Assembly: GCA_963841735.1 (NCBI GenBank) | Contig: CAWJDT010000001.1 | Location: 1,184,001 to 1,248,000, forward strand | Direction: 5' to 3' | Source of the DNA: an uncultured Actinomycetes bacterium | Lineage (GTDB): Bacteria; Actinomycetota; Thermoleophilia; RBG-16-64-13 | Length of the DNA: 64,000 bases | Shown: piece by piece, positions 11,432 through 23,127 of the stretch | How positions within the stretch are numbered: the first letter of the stretch is position 1 | Layout of the letters: each line of letters begins with the position of its first letter | Made by a program: the position numbers and the translations under genes | The notes under the pieces: model-generated | Told to the model about the DNA's origin: nothing | Seen by the model: only the letters and a program-made list of their open reading frames with translations | Databases searched by the model: none

Positions 11432-13327
11432 GCCCTGAGTTGAGCCCGATGATCAAAGACGGCAGCTTGCAGGCGGTGCTGTCGGCGGCGAACATCGTTG
11501 ACGTTATTTCGGGCTACACCAGCCTGCGCAAGCGGGGGGCGACTCATAGCGGCCTGTGCCCGTTTCATCAGGAGAAGACCCCGTCATTCACCGTGAGCGC
11601 CGACAAGGGCCTGTACTACTGTTTCGGATGCGGAGAAGGTGGAGACGTCGTCCGCTTTCTGGAGCGTAAGGAGAACCTTTCCTTCAGCGAGGTCATCGAG
11701 CAGTTGGGCGAGCGGTTCGGCGTGCCGGTGGAATACGAAGAGGGGGCTGGTCCCGACAGCGGTCGCAAGGAGCGCGACGCCCGCCTGCTGCAACTGCTCG
11801 ACCGGGCGTCGAAGTTTTATGAGGCGTTGCTGTGGGAATCGGAAAGTGGCCGTGCCGGGCGGGACTATCTGGAGAAGCGTGGGCTGACCACGGAAGTGTG
11901 CCGCGCGTTCCGGGTGGGTTACTCGCCCGAAGGGTGGAGAGGTCTGCACACTCGTGCGACCAAGGAAGGGTTCACCGACCGTGAGCTCGAAGACACGGGG
12001 CTTCTGGTTTGCCAGACGGGAAAGACGTACGATCGCTTCAGAGGTCGTCTTATGTTCCCGCTGGCAGATCACCGCGGAAGGGTCCTGGGCTTTGGGGGGA
12101 GGACGCTGACGGATGAGACTCCTAAGTATCTCAACTCGCCAGAGGGACCCCTATACCAGAAGGGGCGTCTGCTATACGGGCTCTACCAGGCTAGAAAGGC
12201 CGTTGCCGACCTCGATGAGGTCGTGGTGGTAGAGGGCTACACAGACGTGCTGGGGCTGGTGCAGGCCGGCGTGGGCAACGTAGTCGCCTCCATGGGGACT
12301 GCGCTCACCGACGCCCAGGTGGATCTGATGAAGCGCTTCACCGGGAACATCACCTTCATGTTCGATGCCGACCGGGCCGGCACCGAGGCCATGCTGCGTT
12401 CGGGCGAGTTGGCCCGGGGCCATTCGCTGCGGCCCATGGTGGCCGTTTTGCCGGTTGGGAAGGACCCCGCCGACGTGGCCGTGCAAGGCGGTAAGGAGGC
12501 CGTCGCCAAAGTGATGGCCGGCAAGATCTCGCTGCTGGGGTTCGAGCTGCGCCAGGCCCTCGTTCGGGGCGACACTTCCAGCGCCGACGGGCGGGTGCGG
12601 GTGTTCGAGGATGCGCAGAGGATCATGGCCGGGGCCTCCTCCTTCAAGGAACGAGAAGAGGAGATCCCGCTGTTGGCCGACAGGCTCCGGTTGACGCCCG
12701 AGAGTGTGGAACTGCTGTTGCGAGGCGAGGCACCCCCGGCTCGCGCGAGCGAGCGGGGTTCCAACCCGGCGCGGGCTTCCGGCCGAGAGCGAAGGCCTGG
12801 AGGTGTGCAGGGGCCCGCTGGTAAGGCCCAGCCTTCCATGGCCCGGCGTCTTCTCAGTGGGGAGGCGGCCGTGGAGGGGGACTTCTTGGTGGCGGCGGCC
12901 TGCAATCCGGCCCTTGCCGGCGACATGCTCCAGGCCTTGACCCCCGAGCATTTCGCCGATCCGCGTAACCGCGAAGTGTTCTTGGGTCTCCGCGAAGCGC
13001 TCGCGGCGGTGACCGGCCCTCGAGGACCACCAGGCCGCACTGGCCAAGCTCAAAGTGCACGCCCACGGCAGTTCCGATGCCGGTCCGCTTTTCGTGCGTC
13101 TGGTCATGGAGGCAGACCAAGGACAGTACGCTCCGGCAACGCTCGAGCTGATCCATCTTCGTCTTCAGGAACAGTACCTAGGTCGCGAGATCAGCGCGAA
13201 GCAGGGCGCGCTTGATCGCGGCGACGACACAGAGCAGGCGCAGCGGCGTCTTTTCAAGCTTCAGCGTCTGCACCAACAGGTGCGAGAGCGCATCAAGAGC
13301 TACGACCCGGACGAGGGGCGGGGTTGA
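11428..13327 (+). CDS. dnaG: DNA primase (+1 frameshift near 13017-13019)
   Basis: Zn finger [50 protein letters not shown]; helical C-terminus continues in the +1 frame to TGA 13327, 1 nt before rpoD. Confidence 0.95.
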
Positions 13328-13328
13328 G

Positions 13329-14414
13329 ATGGCACCGGACGACTCAGCGCTGACGGCCGATGTCCTGCAGGGAGTGCTGGAACAGGCTCAGACCCAGGGC
13401 TCTCTTACCATTGACGACGTGAGTGGGTTGGTGCAAGACGCCGACTTGGCTCCGGACGAGGTCGAGTTCCTCTACTCCCTGTTGGGCGATCTCGGAGTCG
13501 AGGTGGAAGAAGAACAGGCTGAGGAGCAGGAAGACTTCTCGGAGGAAGAGGAGTTTCTCGGCCTGCTCGACGTGACCATCGACCACACTGTCGACGATCC
13601 GGTACGCATGTACCTGCGCGAGATAGGCAAGATCCGATTGTTGTCTTCGGACGAGGAGATCGAGCTGGCCAGGCTGATCGAGAAGAAGGACGTGGAGGCC
13701 AAGCGCCGGCTGACCGAGGCCAATCTGCGCCTGGTTGTCTCCATCGCCAAGCGCTACATGGGCCGGGGGCTGCTGTTCCTTGACCTCATCCAAGAAGGGA
13801 ATTTGGGCCTGATCAGGGCGGTGGAGAAGTTCGACCACCGGCTGGGGTACAAGTTCTCCACCTATGCCACCTGGTGGATCCGCCAGGCCGTTACCCGGGC
13901 TATCGCCGATCAGGCGCGTACCATCCGGGTGCCGGTGCATGCCGTAGAGACGATGAACAAGCTCAATCGCATCCATAGGGAACTGCTGCAGACCAGCGGC
14001 CGCGAGCCCACGGTGAACGAGATGGCCGCCGTTCTGGGGGTCAGCCCTGGCAAAGTCAGGGACATCCAGAAAGCAACCCAAGAGCCCGTGTCGTTGGAGA
14101 CCCGGGTGGGGGACGATGAGGACTCGGAACTGGGAGACTTCATCGCGGATGCCGACGCCGACCAGCCGATCGAGGTGGTTTTCAGGGAGATCCGACGAGA
14201 GGAACTCTTCCGGGTTTTGGACAGCTTGCCCGAGCGTGACCGCAAGGTGCTCGAACTGCGCTTTGGCTTGAAAGGAGAGCGTCCTCGCACTCTGGAAGAG
14301 GTGGGCGAACGGTTTGGCGTGACCAGGGAGCGCATCCGCCAGGTGGAAGCCAAGACCCTGAAGCGTCTGAAGAACTATCGTAATGCTCAGGCCTTGCGCG
14401 ATATCGAGAGCTGA
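13329..14414 (+). CDS. rpoD: RpoD-family sigma-70 factor (dnaG-linked)
   Basis: [61 protein letters not shown]. Confidence 0.9.
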   Translation: MAPDDSALTADVLQGVLEQAQTQGSLTIDDVSGLVQDADLAPDEVEFLYSLLGDLGVEVEEEQAEEQEDFSEEEEFLGLLDVTIDHTVDDPVRMYLREIGKIRLLSSDEEIELARLIEKKDVEAKRRLTEANLRLVVSIAKRYMGRGLLFLDLIQEGNLGLIRAVEKFDHRLGYKFSTYATWWIRQAVTRAIADQARTIRVPVHAVETMNKLNRIHRELLQTSGREPTVNEMAAVLGVSPGKVRDIQKATQEPVSLETRVGDDEDSELGDFIADADADQPIEVVFREIRREELFRVLDSLPERDRKVLELRFGLKGERPRTLEEVGERFGVTRERIRQVEAKTLKRLKNYRNAQALRDIES

Positions 14415-14453
14415 AGAGTGCTCGAGGGGTCCAAAAATCCCTTTTGCCAAGCC

Positions 14454-14482
14454 TTGACCCAGCCCTCGCCTTCAGCTAGTGT
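14454..14482 (+). promoter_or_regulatory. sigma70-type promoter of cold-shock gene
   Basis: TTGACC-N17-TAGTGT about 95 nt upstream of the csp start. Confidence 0.55.
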
Positions 14483-14576
14483 TGGCGCTGCAGGTCTGGA
14501 GAACACCGGGCCGAGTGCGTTAGAGTGGGGTGGGCCCGGCTACCGTGTCGCCCCGGAACACATGGAGGTTGTAGGG

Positions 14577-14777
14577 TTGGCTGAGGGGACTGTCAAGTGG
14601 TTTAGTCCCGAAAAGGGCTACGGATTCATTGAGCAGCCGGAGGGGGAAGATCTCTTCGTACATTTCAGTGAGATCCAAGTCGAGGGGTTTCGGACACTCA
14701 CAGAGGGACAGGCTGTCCGGTTCGACGTAGTTCAGGGTCCAAAGGGCCTTCAGGCGTCGAACGTGGTGGCCGTGTAG
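14577..14777 (+). CDS. cspA: Cold-shock protein (CspA family)
   Basis: GTVKWF, KGYGFI (RNP1), LFVHFS (RNP2), GPKGLQA; GGAGG SD before TTG. Confidence 0.95.
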   Translation: MAEGTVKWFSPEKGYGFIEQPEGEDLFVHFSEIQVEGFRTLTEGQAVRFDVVQGPKGLQASNVVAV

Positions 14778-14808
14778 CAGACGAAGAGTCGTCTGTTCCA
14801 GCAAACAG

Positions 14809-14836
14809 AGCCCCGCTTAGGCGGGGCTTTTTCTTT
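14809..14836 (+). terminator. Rho-independent terminator
   Basis: AGCCCCGC-TTAG-GCGGGGCT followed by a T tract. Confidence 0.85.
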
Positions 14837-14971
14837 ATCTGGGTATGCTGATCCGTCTTGAAACGGGCTAAAGGTCCTCGACCCGGTGCCGATACGGAAT
14901 GTGAGAGTCTCCCATTCAAGACTCTTCTTTCTCCTCTCGGGCGCCTGCCAAGGGCGCCCACTTATTTTGGC

Positions 14972-14977
14972 TATAAT
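14972..14977 (+). promoter_or_regulatory. -10 box of gatCAB (near-leaderless start)
   Basis: Perfect TATAAT 10 nt before gatC ATG 14988; no SD present. Confidence 0.5.
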
Positions 14978-14987
14978 CCAGCGCATC

Positions 14988-15269
14988 ATGATTTCGCGCG
15001 AAGAAGTAGAGAACGTGGCGCGCTTGGCGCGCCTTCACTTTGATGACGACGAACTGGCTCGCCTGCAACAGGAGCTGGGCCAGATCATCGATTATGTGCA
15101 GCAGTTGGCCGGACTGGACCTATCCGGCTTGGAGCCCACCTCGTACGCGGTTCCCCTCAAGAACGTATTGCGGCCGGATGAACCGGTAGCCGGTCTCTCG
15201 CAGGCCGACGCGGTGGGCAACGGTCCGGACGTGGAGCGGGGGCAGTTCGTCGTGCCCCGGATAGGGTGA
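14988..15269 (+). CDS. gatC: Asp/Glu-tRNA amidotransferase subunit C
   Basis: ISREEVENVARLARL, NVLRPDE, FVVPRI; upstream of gatA. Confidence 0.95.
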   Translation: MISREEVENVARLARLHFDDDELARLQQELGQIIDYVQQLAGLDLSGLEPTSYAVPLKNVLRPDEPVAGLSQADAVGNGPDVERGQFVVPRIG

Positions 15270-16801
15270 GCGGCATGAGTCCGACTACGAGCGGGGCCGG
15301 CCCCTCCGCCGGCGCCGGCGGAGGGGCCACCTTGGACGTCACCACCCTGACCGCCTGCCGCTGCCGGGACCTTCTGGCCGGCGGGGAGGTATCGGCGGTA
15401 GAGCTGACCAGCGCCTACCTAGACCACATCGCCGCCATCGACGGAGCAGTGCAGGCCTACCTGGCGGTGGACAAGGCTGGTGCTCTGGCCGCCGCGGCTG
15501 CGGTCGATGCCAAGCCGCGGGGCGTAAGGCAACCGTGGGAAGGCGTGCCTATCGGTCTGAAGGACATCCTGTGCGTCAAGGGCATGGAGACCACATGCGC
15601 CTCGCGCATCCTCAAGGGGTATATGCCGCCGTACGACGCCACCGTGATCGCCAAGCTGCGCGATGCCGGCCTCATCTTCTTGGGCAAGCTGAATATGGAC
15701 GAGTTTGCAATGGGCAGTTCCACTGAGAACTCTGCCTTTCAGACCACACGGAACCCCTGGGACCTCGACCGGGTACCGGGCGGCTCCAGTGGCGGCTCCG
15801 CAGCCTGCGTCGCCGCCGCCGAGGCTCCCTGGGCCCTCGGCACCGACACCGGCGGCTCCATCAGGCAGCCCGCCTCGTTGTGCGGCGTTGTGGGTCTGAA
15901 GCCCACCTACGGCGCCGTGAGCCGCTACGGGTTGATAGCGTTCGCCAGCTCGCTCGACCAGATAGGCCCCTTGACGCGCAACGTCCGCGACGCGGGAGCC
16001 CTCCTCGACCTCATCGCTGGGCGTGACCCCAGGGACTGCACCAGCATCGGCCTGGCTGAGCCGGCCGGAGAGCCGGGGCGCACCGACCTCACAGGGCTGC
16101 GCTTTGGGGTGATCAGGGAATTCACCGGCGACGCGTGCGAGCCTGGGGTGCGCGAGGTGTTCGATACCGCGGTCGATGCCGTGTCGGCGTTGGGTGGAGT
16201 GTGCGAAGAGGTGAGCCTGCCCAGCACCGAGCGGGGCATCGCCGCCTATTACCTTATCGCCCCCTCGGAGGCCAGCTCCAACCTGGCCCGGTTCGACGGG
16301 GTCCGTTACGGTCACCGCACCGCTCGGAGCGAAGACCTCTACGAGATGTACGTACGCACCCGCAGCGAGGGGTTCGGGGCGGAGGTCAAGCGCCGCATCA
16401 TGATAGGCACCTATGCGCTATCTTCGGGCTACTACGACGCCTACTACGCCCAGGCCCAGCGGACCCGCACCCTCATCATCCAAGACTTCGCGCAGGCCTT
16501 CGGGCACTTCGACTTTCTCATCTCGCCCACGTCGCCCACCGTGGCCTTCAAGATCGGGGAGCGCACGGCCGACCCTCTGGCCATGTACCTCTCCGACCTA
16601 TGCACCATCCCGGTGAACCTGGCCGGGCTGCCCGCTATCAGCATCCCGGCGGGGTTTGCGGCCGGACTGCCGGTGGGGTTGCAGATCATCGGCCCGCATT
16701 TTTGCGAGCGGGGGCTGCTGGGTGCGGCCTATGCGCTGGAGCAGAAGCTGTCCGTAGGTGTGACGCCGCCACTGGCCGCCATCGCCGGAGGAGTTCGATG
16801 A
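15266..16801 (+). CDS. gatA: Asp/Glu-tRNA amidotransferase subunit A
   Basis: NMDEFAMGSSTE, PGGSSGGSAA, TDTGGSIRQPA, EVKRRIMIGTY. Confidence 0.97.
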   Translation: MSGMSPTTSGAGPSAGAGGGATLDVTTLTACRCRDLLAGGEVSAVELTSAYLDHIAAIDGAVQAYLAVDKAGALAAAAAVDAKPRGVRQPWEGVPIGLKDILCVKGMETTCASRILKGYMPPYDATVIAKLRDAGLIFLGKLNMDEFAMGSSTENSAFQTTRNPWDLDRVPGGSSGGSAACVAAAEAPWALGTDTGGSIRQPASLCGVVGLKPTYGAVSRYGLIAFASSLDQIGPLTRNVRDAGALLDLIAGRDPRDCTSIGLAEPAGEPGRTDLTGLRFGVIREFTGDACEPGVREVFDTAVDAVSALGGVCEEVSLPSTERGIAAYYLIAPSEASSNLARFDGVRYGHRTARSEDLYEMYVRTRSEGFGAEVKRRIMIGTYALSSGYYDAYYAQAQRTRTLIIQDFAQAFGHFDFLISPTSPTVAFKIGERTADPLAMYLSDLCTIPVNLAGLPAISIPAGFAAGLPVGLQIIGPHFCERGLLGAAYALEQKLSVGVTPPLAAIAGGVR

Positions 16802-18312
16802 GCGCCGAACGGGGCAAGGGCAGCGCCGCCGCCGCGGCCGGCGGCGAGACCTGGGAGCCCGTCATCGGCCTGGAGATCCACGTGCAGCTCAACACCCGCA
16901 CCAAGATGTTCTGCGGATGCCGGGTTACCTTTGGAGAACCGCCCAACACGCATGTCTGCCCCGTCTGTCTGGGGCATCCGGGCGTGCTGCCGGTTACCAA
17001 CGAGAAGGCCGTGGAATACGCCACCCGCATCGCGTTGGCTCTCGACTGTCGCGTCGCGGAGCGCACCATCTTCCACCGCAAGAACTACTTCTATCCCGAT
17101 CTGCCCAAGGCCTATCAGATCTCTCAGTTCGACCTGCCTTTGGGCATCGGCGGCCATCTGGATGTGGAACTGGACGACGGGAGCGGCCTGCGGGTCGGCA
17201 TTACCCGCGTGCATATGGAGGAAGACGCGGGCAAGCTGGTGCACGCAGGCGGCGCCTCGGGTCGCATCGACGGGGCCGACTATTCCTTGGTGGATTTCAA
17301 CCGGGGCGGCACGCCTCTGGTGGAGATAGTGAGCGAGCCCGACATCTCCACCCCCGATCAGGCCAGGGCCTTCATGAACCAGTTGCGCAACTTGGTGCAG
17401 CAACTCGGGGTCTCCGACGTCAACATGGAGGAAGGCTCGCTACGCTGTGACGCCAACGTCTCGCTGCGCCGGCCGGGAGGGCCCCTGGGCACCAAGACCG
17501 AGCTCAAGAACATGAACTCCTTCCGCTTTCTGCAACGGGGGCTCGAAGCGGAGATCGAGCGGCAGACGGCGACCCTCGAGTCGGGCGGTCGCGTCGTGCA
17601 GGCGACGGTGCACTTCGACCCGGCCACCGGCCAGGTCTCTAGTCTGCGCAGCAAAGAGGAGGCGCACGACTACCGCTACTTCCCCGAGCCCGACCTGACC
17701 CCTATCGAGCTTGATGAGGCCTACGTGGACCGGGTGCGCGCCACCCTGCCTGAACTACCGGCGGCCCGCAAGGATAGGCTGGCCACCGAGTATGGCCTGT
17801 CCGGCAAGGACGCGGCGCTGTTGGCCACCAACAAGCCACTGGGCGACTACTTCGAGCGCCTGGCGGCCGCGTGCGGCGATGCGCGCACGGCGGCAGTGTG
17901 GGCGCTGGGCGACCTGTCTGCCTATCTGAATGCTGCTGGTCTGGAAGTGACGGAGTGTCCTGTCGGCGCCGAGGCCCTGGCCGAGCTTGTCGGGCTCGTG
18001 AGCGACGGCACTCTTTCGGGCAAAATGGCCAAGGAGGTCTTCGAGGCCATGACCGTCACCGGCAAGAGCGCCAAGGAGGTTGTCGCCGAGAAGGGTCTGG
18101 GGCAGATCTCCGATTCGGGTGAGCTGGAGGTCATCGTGGCCCGCATCGTGGCGGATAATCCTGGTCCGGCCGAGGAGTTCCGGCAGGGACGCGACCGGGT
18201 GTTGGGCTTCTTCGTCGGCCAAGTGATGAAGGAGACCCGAGGCCAGGCAAACCCGCAGATGGTCAACACATTACTGCATAAGCACCTGGGTCCTCAGGTC
18301 TCCCAAGGTTGA
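16798..18312 (+). CDS. gatB: Asp/Glu-tRNA amidotransferase subunit B
   Basis: VIGLEIHVQL, RKNYFYPDLPK, HMEEDAGK, YRYFPEPDL, FFVGQVMK; ATGA overlap with gatA. Confidence 0.97.
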   Translation: MSAERGKGSAAAAAGGETWEPVIGLEIHVQLNTRTKMFCGCRVTFGEPPNTHVCPVCLGHPGVLPVTNEKAVEYATRIALALDCRVAERTIFHRKNYFYPDLPKAYQISQFDLPLGIGGHLDVELDDGSGLRVGITRVHMEEDAGKLVHAGGASGRIDGADYSLVDFNRGGTPLVEIVSEPDISTPDQARAFMNQLRNLVQQLGVSDVNMEEGSLRCDANVSLRRPGGPLGTKTELKNMNSFRFLQRGLEAEIERQTATLESGGRVVQATVHFDPATGQVSSLRSKEEAHDYRYFPEPDLTPIELDEAYVDRVRATLPELPAARKDRLATEYGLSGKDAALLATNKPLGDYFERLAAACGDARTAAVWALGDLSAYLNAAGLEVTECPVGAEALAELVGLVSDGTLSGKMAKEVFEAMTVTGKSAKEVVAEKGLGQISDSGELEVIVARIVADNPGPAEEFRQGRDRVLGFFVGQVMKETRGQANPQMVNTLLHKHLGPQVSQG

Positions 18313-18416
18313 AAACCCGGACTATCTCTGGTACCTTGCCTTACCTTTGAGGACCGGGTCCCTCCCGGTTTCGACAGAGGATCGGGTAACGGTCAAACCA
18401 CCAGGAAGGTGTCGGC

Positions 18417-18743
18417 GTGGCGCATTCCGCAGATTTACACCCGGAACTCTGCCCCGTCCTAAGGGCTGCAGAAGTCATCTCAGGCAAATGGACTCTTCTT
18501 ATCCTGCGCGACCTTTCCAAAGGCATCAATCGTTTCAGTGGCTTGGAGCGTTCGCTGTCCGGAATCAGCCCCAAGACGCTGTCTGAGCGCCTGAAGCAGC
18601 TGGAGAAGTCCGGCGTAGTGACGCGCAAGAGCTTCGCCGAGGTGCCGCCCAGAGTTGAGTACACGCTCACTGAGATGGGCCTGGACCTGATCCCTCTTAT
18701 CGACCATTTGCGCGAATACGGCGTCAAGTGGCTCAGCGACTGA
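18417..18743 (+). CDS. HxlR-family winged-helix regulator
   Basis: CPV..ISGKWTLLIL, ISPKTLSERLKQLE, EVPPRVEYTLT. Confidence 0.92.
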   Translation: MAHSADLHPELCPVLRAAEVISGKWTLLILRDLSKGINRFSGLERSLSGISPKTLSERLKQLEKSGVVTRKSFAEVPPRVEYTLTEMGLDLIPLIDHLREYGVKWLSD

Positions 18744-18819
18744 CGCCAGCGCCTACCGAGTCTCATAAGATGACGCGCGTGGAGCGCAGGTACATGGTCC
18801 ACCTTTGGGGGGGCGGGAA

Positions 18820-19944
18820 TTGACAGGAACGCCTGCTTCAGAAGGCTGGGTTATCAACCCCGAAGAGGTTGATGCGCTTGTTGAGTTGGGCCGCGGGCGT
18901 GGGTTTGTCACGGCCGAGGACATCGCTGAGGTCCTGTCTGAGCTGGACCTCACTACCGAACAGATCGAGTCCATGTACACCACTCTGCTCGATCAGGGCA
19001 TCGAAGTGGTGGACGAGACTTCGGCGGACGCGGAAGAAGAGCTTGAGCTGGATGTTCGGGCGGAGCGGCAGGAATGGCGCCGGGGGGCGGACGAGCTCGA
19101 CCTATCCGTGGACGTTCCCACTACCGATCCGGTGCGCATGTACCTCAAGGAGATCGGCCGAGTCAAGCTGCTCACAGCCCAGCAGGAGGTCTCTCTGGCC
19201 AAGCGCATCGAGCGGGGCGATATTCGAGCCAAGCATGAGCTGACCGAAGCTAACCTCCGCCTGGTGGTCTCCATCGCCAAGCGCTACCACACCGACGGAA
19301 TGGCCTTTCTTGATTTGATCCAAGAGGGGAATCTGGGTCTCATTCGCGCGGTGGAGAAGTTTGACTACCGCAAAGGGCACAAGTTCTCCACCTACGCGAC
19401 CTGGTGGATCAGGCAGGCCATCACCCGGGCCATCGCCGACAAGGCCCGCACCATCCGCATCCCCGTGCACATGGTGGAGAAGATCAACAAGCTTATCCGG
19501 GTGCAGCGGCAGCTCTTGCAGAACATGGGGCGGGAGCCCGCTCCCGAGGAGATCGCCTCCGAGATGAGCATGAGTGACGCCGAGATCCGCGAGATCCTGC
19601 GCATCAGTCAGACCACCGTTTCGCTGGAGACTCCGATAGGCGAAGAAGAGGATTCAGAATTAGGCGATTTCATCGAAGACGAGGACGCCGTGCGCTCCTT
19701 CGACGCAGTCGCCCTGCAGCTTGACCGCGACGGGGTAAACGAAGCCCTGGCTATGCTTCCCTACCGGGAGCGCAAGGTCATCGAACTCCGCTTCGGCCTC
19801 AAGGGCGAGCACCCACGCACCCTAGAAGAGGTGGCGAAGCGGTTCGGGGTCACCCGGGAACGCATACGTCAGATCGAGGCGAAGGCCTTGGCCAAGCTGC
19901 AGGCCATCGACAAGACCCGCAACCTGCGGACCAAGGTGCAATAG
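18820..19944 (+). CDS. Second RpoD-family sigma-70 factor
   Basis: Region 1.1-like N-terminus, [44 protein letters not shown]; start uncertain (18805 or 18820). Confidence 0.9.
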   Translation: MTGTPASEGWVINPEEVDALVELGRGRGFVTAEDIAEVLSELDLTTEQIESMYTTLLDQGIEVVDETSADAEEELELDVRAERQEWRRGADELDLSVDVPTTDPVRMYLKEIGRVKLLTAQQEVSLAKRIERGDIRAKHELTEANLRLVVSIAKRYHTDGMAFLDLIQEGNLGLIRAVEKFDYRKGHKFSTYATWWIRQAITRAIADKARTIRIPVHMVEKINKLIRVQRQLLQNMGREPAPEEIASEMSMSDAEIREILRISQTTVSLETPIGEEEDSELGDFIEDEDAVRSFDAVALQLDRDGVNEALAMLPYRERKVIELRFGLKGEHPRTLEEVAKRFGVTRERIRQIEAKALAKLQAIDKTRNLRTKVQ

Positions 19945-20115
19945 CGCCGGCGCCTGCGGGGCGTCGCTGCTCCGCCAGCGTTCAAGGTCTCACGAGCGCT
20001 CCGCAACGACACCCCGCCGGCGCCATCGCCGTGACGGCTGGGGTTTGACCATTCTCCCGCTGGGGCACCCTTCTTGAGGAACTGAGCCGCCACCCAGCAT
20101 CTAGGGAGCCCATAC

Positions 20116-22827
20116 TTGGACCCAAGCGACAAGTTGAATCCAGCGCCTGGCGAGGATGCCTGTCCGCTTCGCCCGACCGACGACGCCGTTCTCGCACAGG
20201 GCGCGCCGTCAGCACACTCCGAGGGAGTGGTCACCACCTCCTTCCCCGTTGCGGGCATGCACTGCGCCGCCTGCGTGGCCCGGGTGGAAAAAGCTCTGGC
20301 TGCGGTTCCGGGGGTGGAACAGGCGGCGGCCAATTTCGCCACCGAGAAGGCACAGGTGCGCTTCGATCCGGCCGCGACGTCGGTGGGCGATCTGGTGGAG
20401 GCGGTGCGCTCGGCGGGATACGAAGTGGCCACCGTAACGGCCACCTACCCGCTCTTGGGCCTGCACTGCGCCGCCTGCGTGGCCCGGGTGGAGAAGATCG
20501 TTCAGGGGCTGCCGGGAGTGACGAAGGCGGCCGTGAACCTGGCTTCCGAGAAGCTCACCGTGACCTATCTGTCGCAGGTCATCGCCTTGGCCGAGATAGG
20601 CAAGGCCGTGGACGGCGCGGGCTACCAGTTGGTGGTCGGATCCGGGCCGGGCGCCGCGGGGTCTGCTGGGGCCGAAGCCGCCGATCCAACCGTCATAGCC
20701 GACGCCGCGCGGCGGAAACAGCTCCGGCTCATTCTGGCGAAGTTCATCACCGCCTTGGCGGTCGGGGCTATCCTGATGCTGATGATGCTCATCCCCGAGT
20801 CTTGGTTGAGCATGGAACGGCAGTGGCTGATCATGTTCGTGCTGGCCACACCGGTGCAGCTCTGGGCTGGGTGGCAGTTCTACCGAGGGGCGTGGGCGGC
20901 GCTGCGCCATCGGACCAGCGATATGAACACCCTGATCGCGGTGGGGACGACGGTGGCCTATCTCTATTCCGCCGCTGTGACGTTCTTCCCGAGCGCTTTC
21001 GAAGGGGCGAAGGGCGCCGGCTTCAAGGCCGCTGTCTACTACGACTCGGCCGTGATCATCATCGGGCTCATCTTGCTGGGGCGCTACCTGGAGGCGCGGG
21101 CCAAGGGGCAGACCGGGGCGGCGATGCGGCGGCTCATGGGTCTGCAGGCCAAGACGGCACGGGTGTTGCGCGAGGCGGCGCCCGCAACCGGCCATGCCGC
21201 GGCAGTCGCGGGCGATGCGGCGGCGGGCAAGGCGATCGAGATGGACATCCCCGTTGAGGAAGTGGTGGTGGGCGACGTGGTGGTCGTCCGGCCGGGTGAG
21301 AAGATCCCGGTGGACGGCGAGGTGCTCGAAGGGCGCTCGGCGGTGGACGAGTCGATGCTCACAGGCGAGTCCATCCCGGTGGAGAAGGGCCCGGGCGACG
21401 AGGTCATCGGCGCCACTCTCAACCGCACCGGGTCGTTCCGCTTTCGGGCGACAAAGGTGGGGCGTGACACCGCTCTGGCGCAGATCGTGCGCCTGGTGGA
21501 AGAAGCTCAGGGCTCCAAGGCTCCCATCCAGCGAATGGCCGACTACATCGCCAGCATCTTCGTGCCGGTGGTGTTGGCGGTGGCCGCGGCGACTTTCCTT
21601 ATCTGGTACTTCGTGGGACCGGAGCCGGCGGTCACATTGGCCCTGCTGGCCTTCGTCTCGGTAGTGGTGATCGCCTGTCCATGCGCCATGGGTCTGGCGA
21701 CGCCGACCGCTATCGTAGTGGGAACGGGCAAGGGTGCCGAGAACGGCATTCTCATCCGTTCGGGGGAGGCTCTGGAGCGGGCGCACAAGCTCGATGTCAT
21801 CGTTCTGGACAAGACCGGGACCCTCACTCTGGGCAAACCGGCTGTGACCGACGTGGTGGCGGCGGCAGGCGGCGCGGCGGGGGGTGCGGGACACGGCGCG
21901 GCGGGCGCCGGCGCCGTTGAAGCGGAGCTGCTGCTGATGGCGGCCTCGGCCGAGCGGGGTTCGGAACACCCGCTGGGGGAGGCGATCGTGGAGGCGGCCC
22001 GGGCCCAGGGATTGGAGCTGCTTGAGGTGACGGATTTCGACGCCATTCCTGGCAAGGGAGTGGAGGCAACGCTGCAGCGGCCGGGAGCGGACGCGACGTC
22101 TGGCGAGGCTACGTCGGTGAGAGTGCTTCTTGGCAACCGGCGGCTTCTGGACGAGCGCGGCTATGCCACGGGCGACCTGGAGGCCGCTGCCGAGCGCTTA
22201 GCCGAGGAGGGCAAGACCCCCATGTTCGTGGTGCTGGACGGCAGGGTGGCCGGCATGATCGGGGTGGCGGACGTTCTGAAGCCCGACTCCGTGGGCGCGG
22301 TGCGTGGTCTTCAGGAGCTGGGGCTCGAGGTCTACATGATCACCGGCGATAACCAGCGTACGGCGGATGCCATCGCTCGGCAGGTGGGCATCAAGAACGT
22401 GCTGGCTGAGGTTCTGCCCGAGCAGAAGGCGCAGGCGGTGAAGGACTTACAGGCTGCCGGCAAGGTGGTGGCCATGGTGGGCGACGGCATCAACGACGCT
22501 CCGGCGCTGGCTCAGGCCGACATAGGCATCGCCATAGGTACCGGCACCGACGTGGCCATGGAGACCTCCGACATCACACTCATCCGGGGCGACCTGACGC
22601 CTATCGGCACGGCTATCAAGCTCAGCCGGGCGACCATGCGCATCATCAAGCAGAACCTGGGCTGGGCTTTTGGCTACAACATCGCCCTCATTCCGGTGGC
22701 TGCTGGGGTGCTCTACCCGGCCTTCGGGATCCTACTCGACCCGGTATACGCGGCTGTGGCCATGGCGTTGTCGTCGGTGAGCGTGCTGTCGAATTCGCTG
22801 AGGCTGCGGCGCTTTCGGGCGGAGTAG
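20116..22827 (+). CDS. copA: Copper-exporting P1B-type ATPase
   Basis: Two HMA domains (HCAAC), [32 protein letters not shown]; true start may be GTG 20227. Confidence 0.93.
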   Translation: MDPSDKLNPAPGEDACPLRPTDDAVLAQGAPSAHSEGVVTTSFPVAGMHCAACVARVEKALAAVPGVEQAAANFATEKAQVRFDPAATSVGDLVEAVRSAGYEVATVTATYPLLGLHCAACVARVEKIVQGLPGVTKAAVNLASEKLTVTYLSQVIALAEIGKAVDGAGYQLVVGSGPGAAGSAGAEAADPTVIADAARRKQLRLILAKFITALAVGAILMLMMLIPESWLSMERQWLIMFVLATPVQLWAGWQFYRGAWAALRHRTSDMNTLIAVGTTVAYLYSAAVTFFPSAFEGAKGAGFKAAVYYDSAVIIIGLILLGRYLEARAKGQTGAAMRRLMGLQAKTARVLREAAPATGHAAAVAGDAAAGKAIEMDIPVEEVVVGDVVVVRPGEKIPVDGEVLEGRSAVDESMLTGESIPVEKGPGDEVIGATLNRTGSFRFRATKVGRDTALAQIVRLVEEAQGSKAPIQRMADYIASIFVPVVLAVAAATFLIWYFVGPEPAVTLALLAFVSVVVIACPCAMGLATPTAIVVGTGKGAENGILIRSGEALERAHKLDVIVLDKTGTLTLGKPAVTDVVAAAGGAAGGAGHGAAGAGAVEAELLLMAASAERGSEHPLGEAIVEAARAQGLELLEVTDFDAIPGKGVEATLQRPGADATSGEATSVRVLLGNRRLLDERGYATGDLEAAAERLAEEGKTPMFVVLDGRVAGMIGVADVLKPDSVGAVRGLQELGLEVYMITGDNQRTADAIARQVGIKNVLAEVLPEQKAQAVKDLQAAGKVVAMVGDGINDAPALAQADIGIAIGTGTDVAMETSDITLIRGDLTPIGTAIKLSRATMRIIKQNLGWAFGYNIALIPVAAGVLYPAFGILLDPVYAAVAMALSSVSVLSNSLRLRRFRAE
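20258..20492 (+). repeat. Identical 31-nt direct repeat in the two CopA HMA domains
   Basis: TGCACTGCGCCGCCTGCGTGGCCCGGGTGGA at 20258-20288 and 20462-20492. Confidence 0.9.
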
Positions 22828-22935
22828 GCGCGGCCGGGGCGCAGCGCCCCGCGGGTCGCCGGAGCTAACGCAGAGTGGCTTGTCTTACCCTTGGCGCCCC
22901 CCGGGCCCTGCTGGTATCATCTTGACCCCTGATGC

Positions 22936-23007
22936 GGGCGATTAGCTCAGTGGGAGAGCGCTGCATTCACACTGCAGAAGTCACTGGTTCAAATCCAGTA
23001 TCGCCCA
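22936..23007 (+). tRNA. tRNA-Val(CAC), CCA not encoded
   Basis: GGGCGAT/ATCGCCC acceptor stem, AGCTCAGTGGGAGAGC D arm, CTGCA-TTCACAC-TGCAG anticodon arm, GGTTCAAATCC T arm. Confidence 0.96.
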
Positions 23008-23098
23008 TCCTCGTCGTCACGAATACAACGTTTACCCTGTAAAGAGGCACCTTCTGGTGTTCGCTCTTCTCCATGGGAACACGCTCTCAGATGGTGCC

Positions 23099-23127
23099 TT
23101 GACAGACGCTGATGGGGGAATTACTAT
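23099..23127 (+). promoter_or_regulatory. Near-consensus sigma70 promoter
   Basis: TTGACA-N17-TACTAT. Confidence 0.65.

Noticed and set aside
16135-16797. Long N-terminal extensions of gatB, rpoD, hydA, hydB and others in the ORF track
   Set aside because: They overlap upstream genes; downstream starts with SD or stop-start coupling fit better
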